From a virus (Duplodnaviria > Caudoviricetes), in IMG/VR virus record IMGVR_UViG_3300037067_016568, positions 64,001-128,000 of that record: a stretch of 64,000 nucleotides of DNA. One strand, given 5' to 3'. Every line of letters starts with the position of its first letter. The first letter of the stretch is position 1. Shown here one piece after another: positions 1-9,810 of this stretch. The notes beneath the pieces were generated by a model. That model was not told where the DNA came from and searched no databases. It saw only the letters and a list, made by a program, of their open reading frames with translations. The translations under genes and the position numbers were made by a program.

Positions 1-849
1 ACAACACCCATATTAACAACAAAACACCCGACTCTTATAGTCGGACACGCCATAAGTTTTCAAAACAATTCAGGCAGTTATGCTTCAATAATATTCAGAG
101 ATAATGGCGTCACAGGAGTTCGAGTCACATTTAATTATCTCGCATCGAATATCGAAGTATATGTTGGAAGTGAGTTGGTAGATACTGTTACTCTTACCAA
201 TTCATTTGAGCACGATGTATGGTATTATTTCGAAGCTAAAGTTTATTGCCATGATACTAACGGAACAATAGAAGTTCGAATCAATGAAACAACAATCATA
301 TCGTTGACAGATATCAACACTAAGGTAGGGACTGACTCCTATTACAATGTAATCCGCTTCGACTTCTATTATATCTATATCGATGATATGTATATATGCG
401 ACGGCTCTGGAACAGCGGTCAATGATTTTCAAGGTGTGTGTCGCATAATAGGTCTGTTTCCGGACGCTGACACTGATACTGTAGAATGGACACCAAATTC
501 AGGATCAATCCACTATAATCGTATAAATGAAAACCCGGATACTACAACTACTTATTTATCAAGTGCTAGCCAAAATTTAACAGATTTATTTTCGTATCCA
601 AGTTTAACTGGTATCAATAATATAGCCGGGATACAGATAGCGACCAAAGGAAACAACGATGCCGGCACATGTGCTATTCTGCAAATGCCGATAATATCAA
701 ACGAAATAACGGATGTAGGTGTAAATCAACAAATAATAGGCACTTCATATATAGAAGTGCAACGTATAAGCATGACAGATCCAAACACAGATCTGCCTTG
801 GACAATTGATGGTTTAGCAGCAGCATACTTGGGTATAAGGATGATGTAA
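1..849 (+). CDS. 5'-truncated tail/receptor-binding protein with LamG/concanavalin-like beta-sandwich (type A paralog)
   Basis: Frame 1 is open from the window edge to TAA 849. Shares motifs with 5081..6103 and 6106..8154 (WxYxExKxxC, DDxYIxDGxG, EWxPxxGxxHYxxIxENP, WTxxGL). Confidence 0.75.
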   Translation, partial: TTPILTTKHPTLIVGHAISFQNNSGSYASIIFRDNGVTGVRVTFNYLASNIEVYVGSELVDTVTLTNSFEHDVWYYFEAKVYCHDTNGTIEVRINETTIISLTDINTKVGTDSYYNVIRFDFYYIYIDDMYICDGSGTAVNDFQGVCRIIGLFPDADTDTVEWTPNSGSIHYNRINENPDTTTTYLSSASQNLTDLFSYPSLTGINNIAGIQIATKGNNDAGTCAILQMPIISNEITDVGVNQQIIGTSYIEVQRISMTDPNTDLPWTIDGLAAAYLGIRMM

Positions 850-877
850 AATCGGAACCATAAGAGTAGTAAGGCAG

Positions 878-2341
878 ATGGTGGAAGTCCTGACAAAAGG
901 GGACATTCTATCGCCATACACCTACGGACAAGGCAAAGTCACTAGACAAATGATTGACGTACTTGTGTCTGGCGAAGACGCATTGCCTCCATATTTGTAC
1001 GGACAAGGCAAAGTCACTAGACAAATGATTGACGTACTTGTGTCTGGCGGAGATGCATTGCCTCCATATATATATGGAACGTTAAAAATGTCACGGCAAG
1101 TTGTGGAAGTGTTATGTCCACAAGCTTATTATGACTTGGGTGCATATAATGATATTGAATTTGGTCAAGTAGTCAGCCCTCTTGTCGCATCTTCAGCAGT
1201 CCAGTTAATTAAACCGTTAGTGTCTAAAACTGATACTGTCCAAACTATACCTAACGTGGACGTAGTAAACCATGGCGACTTTCCAACGTGGTCAAACAAC
1301 GGCTCATACTGGCAGCAAACAAGACGTGCCATCAATATAAGAGCAGAGTCGAACGCAGCTTGTTTCAACCAAGTGACAACTCAATTCGGCGATACAGGTG
1401 CAGGCACGGCCAAATGGGTCGGAGGTGTAATTGCACCAAACGGCTGCATCTATGGCATACCTCACAGCAGTAATACAATTCTGAAAATCGACCCGACAAC
1501 AGATACAGTCACAACATTCGGAGATGTAGGATCTGATACTTACAAATGGTATGGCGGCGTTCTGGCTCCAAATGGTTACATCTATGGAATACCGTTTAAT
1601 GTTGGAACAATTCTAAAAATCGATCCGACAACAGATACATTCACAACATTTGCGAGTTCTGCATATGGATATGCCGGAGGAGCAGTTGCCGAAAATGGAG
1701 CAATTTATTGTGTCCCATGGAAAACAAATACAACAATTCTGAAGATTGATCCAGAAACAGACATAACCACTGAATTTGGCAGCTTAGCAGCAGATTCATC
1801 AAAATGGAGAAGCGGCATTTTGGCTCCTAACGGCTGCATTTATGGAATACCGGATACTAGCACTAGCGTTTTAAAAATCGACCCATCCACAGATACAGTC
1901 ACAACCTTTGGCAGTCTTTCAGGTAGCTTCAAATGGTTCAGCGGAGTCATCGCTTCTAACGGTATTATATATGGATTACCGGCAAGCAGCACATCTGCTC
2001 TAAGAATTGACCCAACTACAGACACAGTAGCCACCTTCAATGGGTTATCAAGTTCTTCAGGAAGATGCGGCTGTGGCTCTATATCTCCGAACGGGATGAT
2101 TTATTGTCCTCCATGGGACACATCTGCACAGACAGTGTTGAAGATTGATCCCACAACTGACATTATGACACAGTTCGATTCTCTGGGATCAGATGACAAC
2201 AAATGGCTTGGTGCAGTTCTTGCTCCAAACGGTGCTATTTATTGTATCCCTTATTCAGTCAGTGCGGTGCTAAAGATAGGTACTGAGTTAGATGACGTGC
2301 CGTTGGACTTTTGCTTATCACGCTATTTTAACAATTACTAA
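878..2341 (+). CDS. beta-propeller repeat protein, putative tail/receptor-binding (type B paralog)
   Basis: About 7 repeats of ~43 aa (KWxGGVLAPNGxIYGIP...LKIDPTTDTVTTFG), N-terminal 25-aa repeats, and C-terminal LSRxxNxY shared with 3932..5065 and 8156..9451. Confidence 0.75.
   Translation: MVEVLTKGDILSPYTYGQGKVTRQMIDVLVSGEDALPPYLYGQGKVTRQMIDVLVSGGDALPPYIYGTLKMSRQVVEVLCPQAYYDLGAYNDIEFGQVVSPLVASSAVQLIKPLVSKTDTVQTIPNVDVVNHGDFPTWSNNGSYWQQTRRAINIRAESNAACFNQVTTQFGDTGAGTAKWVGGVIAPNGCIYGIPHSSNTILKIDPTTDTVTTFGDVGSDTYKWYGGVLAPNGYIYGIPFNVGTILKIDPTTDTFTTFASSAYGYAGGAVAENGAIYCVPWKTNTTILKIDPETDITTEFGSLAADSSKWRSGILAPNGCIYGIPDTSTSVLKIDPSTDTVTTFGSLSGSFKWFSGVIASNGIIYGLPASSTSALRIDPTTDTVATFNGLSSSSGRCGCGSISPNGMIYCPPWDTSAQTVLKIDPTTDIMTQFDSLGSDDNKWLGAVLAPNGAIYCIPYSVSAVLKIGTELDDVPLDFCLSRYFNNY
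926..1075 (+). repeat. 75-bp tandem repeat encoding YGQGKVTRQMIDVLVSGxDALPPYx
   Basis: GGACAAGGCAAAGTCACTAGACAAATGATTGACGTACTTGTGTCTGGCG occurs at 926 and at 1001. Confidence 0.9.
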
Positions 2342-2342
2342 C

Positions 2343-3923
2343 ATGAAACCAATACTATCAAATTCAATCAGTCCAGAAGGCGTGTTCTTTGTTGAACATC
2401 TGCGCAGAGGTAGTGTGATAGGCCAGTACCGCATTCCAAATGGTGTTGTAAATCAGGGGAAAAATGACATTTTGAATAGTGTCTTTCATAATAGCACTCA
2501 ACGGCTATACTGGTGGATGGGTTTAATCGATTCTGTTGGATTTCAATCTATATCAGAGCTTGACACTTATTATGGAATCAATCTATACACAGAAGGATTA
2601 ACACTGCCATACTGGCGATTTTATTGGCAATATCGGAAACAAATTACGATATCGAATACAAACGTCGGGGCTAGCGATCTTACCAACTTTCCGCTGTGTG
2701 TCAGAATCATCAATGACGCAGATTTGAGAGCAGCAACAGCTACCGGATATGACATCAGATTTACGGCATCTGATGGCGTGACATTATTAAATTTCGAACG
2801 TGAATATTGGTCCGGTGGTTATGGTACAAACGCGAACGCTGTGTTCTGGGTGCAAGTTCCTCTTATAAGCCACTCTACTACAACGACAATTTATATGTAT
2901 TATGGTAATACTAATGCAACAGATGGGACTAGCATCAACGATACATGGACTTCTGATTACAAGGGCGTATGGCATTTTCCAGAAGTAAAGACAGGAACAG
3001 CTGGCGATTATAAAGACTCGACCTCTAATGCTAATGACAGTACTAGCACATCTAATCAACCCGCTAGAGTAACAGGTGAAATTGGATATGGCCAGTTTTT
3101 TGACGGCACTAAAAACATCTTTATACCGAATGATTCATCATTGACTGTTGCAGACATTACATTATCGATGTGGATCTATCCAAAAAACACTGCAAGTGGT
3201 GCTGATTTATGTGGCTTTGATAGTGGCTATGTTCTAGAAGTTGGGCGACAAGCAAGTGATAAGGTAGGCGCATATTTGTACTTGAATGCCGACTGGCGGG
3301 GTTTTAATTTTCAATGTCCTATCAATTTACTTGAATGGACATATCTTGTATTGGTTTATGATAGTTCTTCTGGTGATCTCAAATTATATGCAAATGGATC
3401 TTTGTATGATACTATCAATTATGCTGGCTCTTATCCTATTACGCATTCCCCATGGACATATAATGTTATAGGAGCATATACTACTTCACGTTATTTTACA
3501 GGCATCATCGATGAAGTTCGCATCTCGTCTGACGTCAAAACAGCCGATCAGATCAACTTCGAATGGTATAACACAACATCCGCCACGCATGAGATAACTT
3601 GGGGTGCAGAAGAACCACTGACAGCATTACCAGGCAACAACTGGCTCGAATTTACTGGTTATACTGATTGTGGTAATACAAATACCCGGCCCTTTTGGGA
3701 TAATATCGAGTCAACTGAGAAATTAGTTACCAATTCTTCTCCGGTGCTATTCGATCTGACTGAAGACTGCACTATAAGCGGCATATTCTTAGTGGGCGGT
3801 ATGAATTCCCAAATAAAGGGCGACAGCACCGTTGGAGTTTTATGGGCGACTGCTATCCCTACAAATAATATAATAGGCGAAGTGTCAGATCAGATCAGAG
3901 TCAGATATTTGGTGAATGTTTAG
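2343..3923 (+). CDS. tail-associated protein with DUF2341 + LamG domains
   Basis: DUF2341-type motifs (YRKQITI, NFPLCV, DIRFT, FWVQVP, IYMYYGN) and LamG motifs (TLSMWI, LYANG, FTGIIDEVRIS). Start moved to the ATG at 2343, directly after the upstream stop. Confidence 0.75.
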   Translation: MKPILSNSISPEGVFFVEHLRRGSVIGQYRIPNGVVNQGKNDILNSVFHNSTQRLYWWMGLIDSVGFQSISELDTYYGINLYTEGLTLPYWRFYWQYRKQITISNTNVGASDLTNFPLCVRIINDADLRAATATGYDIRFTASDGVTLLNFEREYWSGGYGTNANAVFWVQVPLISHSTTTTIYMYYGNTNATDGTSINDTWTSDYKGVWHFPEVKTGTAGDYKDSTSNANDSTSTSNQPARVTGEIGYGQFFDGTKNIFIPNDSSLTVADITLSMWIYPKNTASGADLCGFDSGYVLEVGRQASDKVGAYLYLNADWRGFNFQCPINLLEWTYLVLVYDSSSGDLKLYANGSLYDTINYAGSYPITHSPWTYNVIGAYTTSRYFTGIIDEVRISSDVKTADQINFEWYNTTSATHEITWGAEEPLTALPGNNWLEFTGYTDCGNTNTRPFWDNIESTEKLVTNSSPVLFDLTEDCTISGIFLVGGMNSQIKGDSTVGVLWATAIPTNNIIGEVSDQIRVRYLVNV

Positions 3924-3931
3924 GAGATCAG

Positions 3932-5065
3932 ATGTCTTTCTATAAGCCTTTAGTAGTCAAATCAAAAACGATTGAATCTCTAGCAGGCGGCGATATGCTA
4001 GGGCACGGTGACTTCCCACTGTGGGATAAAAATACTTTATCGTGGCCTCTATTACGAGATGCAATATGCAGCAGAGTTGGATTAAATAGAGCCGGTTCTC
4101 AAAGGACGATATCAACGTTCGGAAGCGTTTCGGCATCTGGCGATAAATGGCTTGGTGGTGTTCTAGCACCGAATGGCTACATTTATGGGATACCGAGAAG
4201 TGTCACAGAAGTACTAAAGATCGACCCAACTACCGATACAGTGACAACATTCGGAAATGTAGGAGCCGGGTCTGCTGAGTGGGCAGGCGGTGTTCTAGCA
4301 CCAAATGGCTATATTTACGGGATACCATTGGAAAATACAGCGATATTGAAAATTGATCCGAACACTGATACTGTTACGACGTTTGGTAATATCTCTGGCA
4401 GCACCAAATACCACGGTGCAGTTGTAGCAACAAACGGCATGATCTATGGTATTCCATGGGGAGCGACAGAGGTGCTAAAGATTGATCCTACTACTGATAC
4501 AGTGACAACATTCGGCAGTCTATCAGGGACAAACAAATGGCAAGGCGGTGTTCTTGCACCGAATGGTATGATTTATTGCATACCTGGTGGAGCGACAGAG
4601 GTGCTAAAGATTGATCCTACTACTGATACAGTGACAACATTCGGCAGTCTATCAGGATCTTATAAATGGTTTGGTGGTGCTCTAGCTTTAAATGGTATGA
4701 TTTACAGTGCGCCTCAAGATGCGTACTATGCACTAAAGATAGACCCAACAACAGACACAGCGACGACAATTGGCACTTATTTGAGCGGAGCATATAAATT
4801 TATTGGGTGTGCTTTAGCACCTGATGGACTGATCTACGGCATACCGTGCAATGATACCACAGGATATGTAATCGATCCAGTTACGGACACAACGGCAACA
4901 TATGGCAGCCCAGGAAGTGGCGATAAATGGAATGGCGGTGTCCTAGCACCAAATGGTTGCATATATGGAATGCCATATGATGCAACAACCGTTCTTAAGT
5001 TGGGCGGTCCTATGGATGATGTGCCAGAAGGTTTTTGTTTGTCTCGGCACTACAACAAAGTTTAG
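3932..5065 (+). CDS. beta-propeller repeat protein (type B paralog)
   Basis: Seven KWxGGVLAPNGxIYGIP repeats; GGAG SD upstream. Confidence 0.75.
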   Translation: MSFYKPLVVKSKTIESLAGGDMLGHGDFPLWDKNTLSWPLLRDAICSRVGLNRAGSQRTISTFGSVSASGDKWLGGVLAPNGYIYGIPRSVTEVLKIDPTTDTVTTFGNVGAGSAEWAGGVLAPNGYIYGIPLENTAILKIDPNTDTVTTFGNISGSTKYHGAVVATNGMIYGIPWGATEVLKIDPTTDTVTTFGSLSGTNKWQGGVLAPNGMIYCIPGGATEVLKIDPTTDTVTTFGSLSGSYKWFGGALALNGMIYSAPQDAYYALKIDPTTDTATTIGTYLSGAYKFIGCALAPDGLIYGIPCNDTTGYVIDPVTDTTATYGSPGSGDKWNGGVLAPNGCIYGMPYDATTVLKLGGPMDDVPEGFCLSRHYNKV

Positions 5066-5080
5066 CAAAGGAGGTGTGTA

Positions 5081-6103
5081 ATGCTATTACTTGTTGAAGG
5101 TTTTGAAGGTTTTGGAACAGCCACTGGTGTCAATGTTAGCTCCTATATCCGTGAGAAATACAATGGAGACCCCGGAGCGTTCTATCTAGACGATGGAGCA
5201 TATGGTGGTTACAGCATATATAGCGACACTACCGGCATAACACGATGGATGGGCCTTGGATTTGATACATCGTCGCCTACCATTTATTTCGGCTTTGCAA
5301 TGAAAGGCGTTGCAAATACTACAGTTAATATGCTTTATTTCTGGACTGGGCCAACTACTAGACAGGCAGTTTATTTTACATGGACTTATAACACAGGCGA
5401 AATCACCGCCAGAACATATGGTGGCTCTACACTTGGCACTACAAGTGGTGCTGGTATAACAGTAGGTAGTGGATGGCATTATGTCGAGATTAAAGCCTAT
5501 TGTCATACAACTAACGGCACAATTCAAATTGTGGTTGATGGGGCTTCTAGGCTGGAGTGCAGTGGAAACACAAGCAGCTTATATGGAGAAGCCTATTACA
5601 ATAATATTAATGTAGACGTAACATCTCAGCTTCGTCTTGATGATATGTATATTCTTGACGATACCGGAACAATAAACAACACTTTTCTTGGCCGCCAATG
5701 CGTCGTTGGAATACTACCAGCAAGCGATACGTCGACAGAAGAATGGTCGCCTAGTTCTGGAACGTCTCACTATGATTTAATAGATGAAAATCCAACCGAT
5801 GGTGATACGACCTATGTAGCAGATGATACTACAGGCCATAGAGATTTATATGGTTATAGTCAGTTTACCCAAAGGTCGATTACAGGTATCCAAATTAATA
5901 CCGTTTGTAAAACGCCAGATTCTGCTACTGGTATCAAAATCAATACAATGTCTGGCGGGACGGTTTATAGCGGGCCAAGCCAGTCTATATCTAGCGCATC
6001 TTATGGTACTGTCAAAAGAATTGAAGAAATAGACCCAGATACATCGGATTTTTGGACGACGGAAGGATTAAATGCAGCTAAATTTGGATTTGAAGTGGGA
6101 TAA
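5081..6103 (+). CDS. tail/receptor-binding beta-sandwich protein (type A paralog)
   Basis: Strong SD (AAGGAGG); begins MLLLVEGFEGFG like 6106..8154; LamG-like WHYVEIK...LDDMYI core. Confidence 0.7.
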   Translation: MLLLVEGFEGFGTATGVNVSSYIREKYNGDPGAFYLDDGAYGGYSIYSDTTGITRWMGLGFDTSSPTIYFGFAMKGVANTTVNMLYFWTGPTTRQAVYFTWTYNTGEITARTYGGSTLGTTSGAGITVGSGWHYVEIKAYCHTTNGTIQIVVDGASRLECSGNTSSLYGEAYYNNINVDVTSQLRLDDMYILDDTGTINNTFLGRQCVVGILPASDTSTEEWSPSSGTSHYDLIDENPTDGDTTYVADDTTGHRDLYGYSQFTQRSITGIQINTVCKTPDSATGIKINTMSGGTVYSGPSQSISSASYGTVKRIEEIDPDTSDFWTTEGLNAAKFGFEVG

Positions 6104-6105
6104 CA

Positions 6106-8154
6106 ATGTTGCTAGCAATCGAAGGATTTGAAGGTTTCGGAACAACAACAGCCTCAGATATTACTACATATTTAGCGGAAAAATTCAGTGATGTGAGTGC
6201 GGGGCCTTTCTACCTAGATGCAGGGCGATATTTCGGGTTTAGTATCTATTCATCAGATACAGATCAATCGCAAACGATACCTTTCTATACTAATACTGAA
6301 GACCCAACGATTGTCATGGGCTTCAATTTCTTTTGTAATGCTGTGACACCCGTAGCGCTTATAATCTTTTATGCTGGTACTACACCAACTCTCGCATGCA
6401 CTATCAAGTGGAGTACAGTTACAGCTGGAGAGCTATCAATTTATGATTATAATGATACTCTTCTAGGGACTACAAGCGGTGCGGGGCTTGCATTGGGAAC
6501 AAAATGGCACTATGTCGAAGCCAAGGTCATTTGCAATGCTTCTACAGGCAATGTAATTATAAAAGTCGATGAAAAAGTCAAACTGGAATTAGACAATATA
6601 AACACAAGCAATTCATCAAGTGACACAGCTTATTCTAAAGTTAGTGTAGTTGTTGCCAACCAATACAGAATGGACGATTTCTATATTGCTGACGGAACTG
6701 GATTTAATAATGATTTCTTAGGTGAAAAAGCAGTAGTCGGTTGTTTGCCAATAGGCGATACAGACACGATAGAATGGACCCCAAGCACTGGAACAACTCA
6801 CTATGACTTGGTAAATGAGAATCCAGCCGATGGCGACACAACTTATGTGTCTGATTATGGCATAGGATACACCGATCTTTATCAATATTCAATAGACCCA
6901 AACGTAACAGTGATCTCTGGAATACAAATAAACACAATAAGCAAGCAAATTAGTGGGTCAACTGTAGGAGGTATAAAAGGTGTTGTTGGGTTTGAAGGCT
7001 ACGCCGATGACGAAGTAGCACAAATTGTTTCATCATCTTACAGTACTAAAATCAGGATAATAGAGGAAAAATATTTAGCTATACCTTATTGTAAAAAGAT
7101 CACGATCTCACACACGAATGTTGCTGATACTTTAATTGATTTCCCATTATGTGTGAAAATTGAGGGTGATACAGATATTGGTGCGATATGCTTATCATCA
7201 GGTGATGATATTTTCTTCACTGATGCAGATTTCAATGTACTGTATGCAGAATTAAATAGCCCTTTTACAGTCAGCAGTGGTGCAGCCTCAGGTATATTCT
7301 GGGTCAAAATACCTAAAATTCTTTCTACAGCTGATACTATGATTTATTGCTTCTATGGCAACAAGGCGGCGGCGGCTAGAACGGGCATGACATCAGTTTG
7401 GAATGCTGATTTTCAAAATGTGTATCATTTTGGAACGAGCTCATCGCTGATTTTAACAGATTCAACCATCAATGCAAATACAGCTACTTCGACGAGCGTC
7501 ACTGCTACTGATGGCAAATTCGATGGTGGTGCTAATTTTAACGGATCTGCTTATCTCACTATACCAACTGCTTCTTTAATCGGTACGCCTCAATTTACCA
7601 TTTCATATTGGGTGAATATTACAACGCTTGGAGATGGTGGTATATTTTCCAAGGGCAATTGGAATGCCTGGGAAAATGATATGTTGTTTGTTATGGATGG
7701 CAGTTATAATCAGTGGTATCAAATTGACTATGGCGCAGATGGCGGTCCCAACATAGGCACTAACCCATATTCTACGAACACTTGGTATCGCTATTCCGTC
7801 GTATATGATGGCACACAAACAGATGCCGATCCTACTATACAAAACAATAAGCGTGTGAAAATATGGAGGAATGGAATACAACAGACATTAGACTTCGCTG
7901 CTTATAACGCTCCAGCAACAACATCTCCAAGTATGCCGGTTAACGGAAACCTTGGACAGTATATGTGCAATAATGGCTTCAGGCTTCGCGGCAAGTTGGA
8001 TGAAGTGCATATTTCAAATACTGCATATTCTTCTGCATGGGTGGTTTTCGAGTATTGCAATCAAAGTTCTGGCGAAATAACATGGGGCGAACAAACTACT
8101 CCTAAATGGTCCGCAACCTTATTTAATCGAGTCGGCATTGGTATAAAGATATAA
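6106..8154 (+). CDS. type A paralog carrying an inserted DUF2341 + LamG cassette
   Basis: First ~325 aa align with 5081..6103, followed by YCKKITIS..DFPLCV..FWVKIP..LRGKLDEVHIS; the final residues resume the type A C-terminus. Confidence 0.7.
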   Translation: MLLAIEGFEGFGTTTASDITTYLAEKFSDVSAGPFYLDAGRYFGFSIYSSDTDQSQTIPFYTNTEDPTIVMGFNFFCNAVTPVALIIFYAGTTPTLACTIKWSTVTAGELSIYDYNDTLLGTTSGAGLALGTKWHYVEAKVICNASTGNVIIKVDEKVKLELDNINTSNSSSDTAYSKVSVVVANQYRMDDFYIADGTGFNNDFLGEKAVVGCLPIGDTDTIEWTPSTGTTHYDLVNENPADGDTTYVSDYGIGYTDLYQYSIDPNVTVISGIQINTISKQISGSTVGGIKGVVGFEGYADDEVAQIVSSSYSTKIRIIEEKYLAIPYCKKITISHTNVADTLIDFPLCVKIEGDTDIGAICLSSGDDIFFTDADFNVLYAELNSPFTVSSGAASGIFWVKIPKILSTADTMIYCFYGNKAAAARTGMTSVWNADFQNVYHFGTSSSLILTDSTINANTATSTSVTATDGKFDGGANFNGSAYLTIPTASLIGTPQFTISYWVNITTLGDGGIFSKGNWNAWENDMLFVMDGSYNQWYQIDYGADGGPNIGTNPYSTNTWYRYSVVYDGTQTDADPTIQNNKRVKIWRNGIQQTLDFAAYNAPATTSPSMPVNGNLGQYMCNNGFRLRGKLDEVHISNTAYSSAWVVFEYCNQSSGEITWGEQTTPKWSATLFNRVGIGIKI

Positions 8155-8155
8155 T

Positions 8156-9451
8156 ATGTCACTTAGAGTAACTAGACAACAAATTGAGGTTCTCATCTCG
8201 CCGGGCCTGCGAGTAACAAGGCAGCAAATTGAAGCCCTCGTATCTATGCCGCCAATTGCGACAACGCGGCAGCAGGTTGAAGTATTAACTGCGCCACCAA
8301 CACAGATTTACCGAAACCCATTAATAATAACAGAAGATGATACTATTCAATCGCTACCATTAAATTACATCTTAAACCATGGCGATCCTCCCCCGTGGGA
8401 AGATAATTCTATAAATTGGCCACAAACCAGATCATCATGGGCCGCACGCGCTTGCATTAATGCAGCATGTTGGTATCAAAGAACTGAAATAATAATTAAC
8501 CCTAATATAACGTCAGACGAAAGAAAGTGGTCTGGGAGCGTTCTGGCACCGAACGGTTGCATCTATGGAATACCAAAAGACGCCACAAGCATATTGAAAG
8601 TCGATCCTTCCGACAACATAGCCATGGTATTTGGAAGCCTTTCTTCTGATCAGTACAAATGGCAAGGCGGCGTATTGGCTCCAAATGGTTGTATTTATGG
8701 TTTTCCACAAGATTCAACATCAATACTGAAGATAGATACATCAACAGATACGGTAACAACATTCGGCAACATAGCTGGGACTGATAAATGCCAGAGTGGA
8801 GTCCTAGCCGCCAATGGCATGATTTATAGCGTCCCATATTCGCAAACAGCCATTATAAAGATCGACCCGTCAACTGATACAGTTACGACATTCGGCGACT
8901 TATCAGGGACCGAGAAATGGATGGGCGGTGTCCTGGCTCCGAATGGTTACATTTATGGGATACCATATGATTCTACAGAAGTTCTGAAAATCGATCCAAC
9001 GACAGATACGGTAACAACATTCGGTAGTCTGTCTGGCGGCGATAAATGGCAGGGTGGAGTCCTAGCACTTAATGGCATGATTTATGGAATTCCTTTTACT
9101 GGCAGATATGTTCTTAAAATAGATCCTACAACTGATACAGCTACAACTCTATCAACAGATCTTACTACAGATGGCGGCAAATGGACCGGAGGAGTACTAG
9201 CACCAAACGGCATGATTTATGGAATACCATTTTTAAGTACATCTGTTTTACAAATAGATCCAACAACCGACAGGGCGACTACGTTTGGCAGCGTTGGATC
9301 TGGTTCAAACAAATGGGTTGGTGGCGTTGTCGCGCCAAACGGCCAAATTTATTGCCTGCCAGCATTTAGCGACAGCATACTAATCATAGGCGCTCAAGCT
9401 GTTGATATCCCAATTGATTTGTTGTTATCAAGGCACTTCAACAAATATTAA
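8156..9451 (+). CDS. beta-propeller repeat protein (type B paralog)
   Basis: N-terminal LRVTRQQIEVL repeats plus seven propeller repeats. Confidence 0.75.
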   Translation: MSLRVTRQQIEVLISPGLRVTRQQIEALVSMPPIATTRQQVEVLTAPPTQIYRNPLIITEDDTIQSLPLNYILNHGDPPPWEDNSINWPQTRSSWAARACINAACWYQRTEIIINPNITSDERKWSGSVLAPNGCIYGIPKDATSILKVDPSDNIAMVFGSLSSDQYKWQGGVLAPNGCIYGFPQDSTSILKIDTSTDTVTTFGNIAGTDKCQSGVLAANGMIYSVPYSQTAIIKIDPSTDTVTTFGDLSGTEKWMGGVLAPNGYIYGIPYDSTEVLKIDPTTDTVTTFGSLSGGDKWQGGVLALNGMIYGIPFTGRYVLKIDPTTDTATTLSTDLTTDGGKWTGGVLAPNGMIYGIPFLSTSVLQIDPTTDRATTFGSVGSGSNKWVGGVVAPNGQIYCLPAFSDSILIIGAQAVDIPIDLLLSRHFNKY

Positions 9452-9480
9452 ATAGAGATACATTTGAAGGTAGGACTAGG

Positions 9481-9714
9481 ATGATACCACTAGACGTTTT
9501 ACAAAACAATCTGATACTGATATCCCATCACGCTGGTGACGCTCTCCAAGCATTGGAAGACGGAGATGATACTGTCGTCGAAGCAAGCCTAACAGACATA
9601 CAAGAGACAGTTGATGAGCTAAAGGCTTACCTGCCAAAAGATTTATCAAGAGAAATAGAGGCTAAGGAGATGGGCATGGATTCTCTGGTAGAAGAAATCG
9701 CCAGAGATATGTAA
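9481..9714 (+). CDS. hypothetical acidic helical protein
   Basis: 77-aa ORF, co-oriented, with SD-like AGGA. Confidence 0.55.
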   Translation: MIPLDVLQNNLILISHHAGDALQALEDGDDTVVEASLTDIQETVDELKAYLPKDLSREIEAKEMGMDSLVEEIARDM

Positions 9715-9741
9715 ATACACATGGATGTATTTGAGTAGGTA

Positions 9742-9807
9742 CCATTCTCAGTTGTCCTGAGAATGGAGAGTAGTAGTAGTCGTAGTAGTCGTAGTAGTAG
9801 GAGGTGA
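9742..9807 (+). promoter_or_regulatory. 5' leader: 10-bp hairpin plus (GTA/GTC)10 triplet run forming the uORF MESSSSRSSRSSRR
   Basis: CCATTCTCAG-ttgtc-CTGAGAATGG at 9742-9766; ATG 9763 to TGA 9807 overlaps the AGGAGGTGA SD of 9811. Confidence 0.45.
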
Positions 9808-9810
9808 CTC

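Noticed and set aside
878-9451. Diversity-generating retroelement acting on the propeller repeats
   Set aside because: No reverse transcriptase in the window and no non-coding template repeat with adenine-specific differences.
9762-9773. AATGGAGAGTAG resembles the array repeat start AATGGAGAATAG
   Set aside because: An 11/12 match in 64 kb with no further similarity; not distinguishable from chance.
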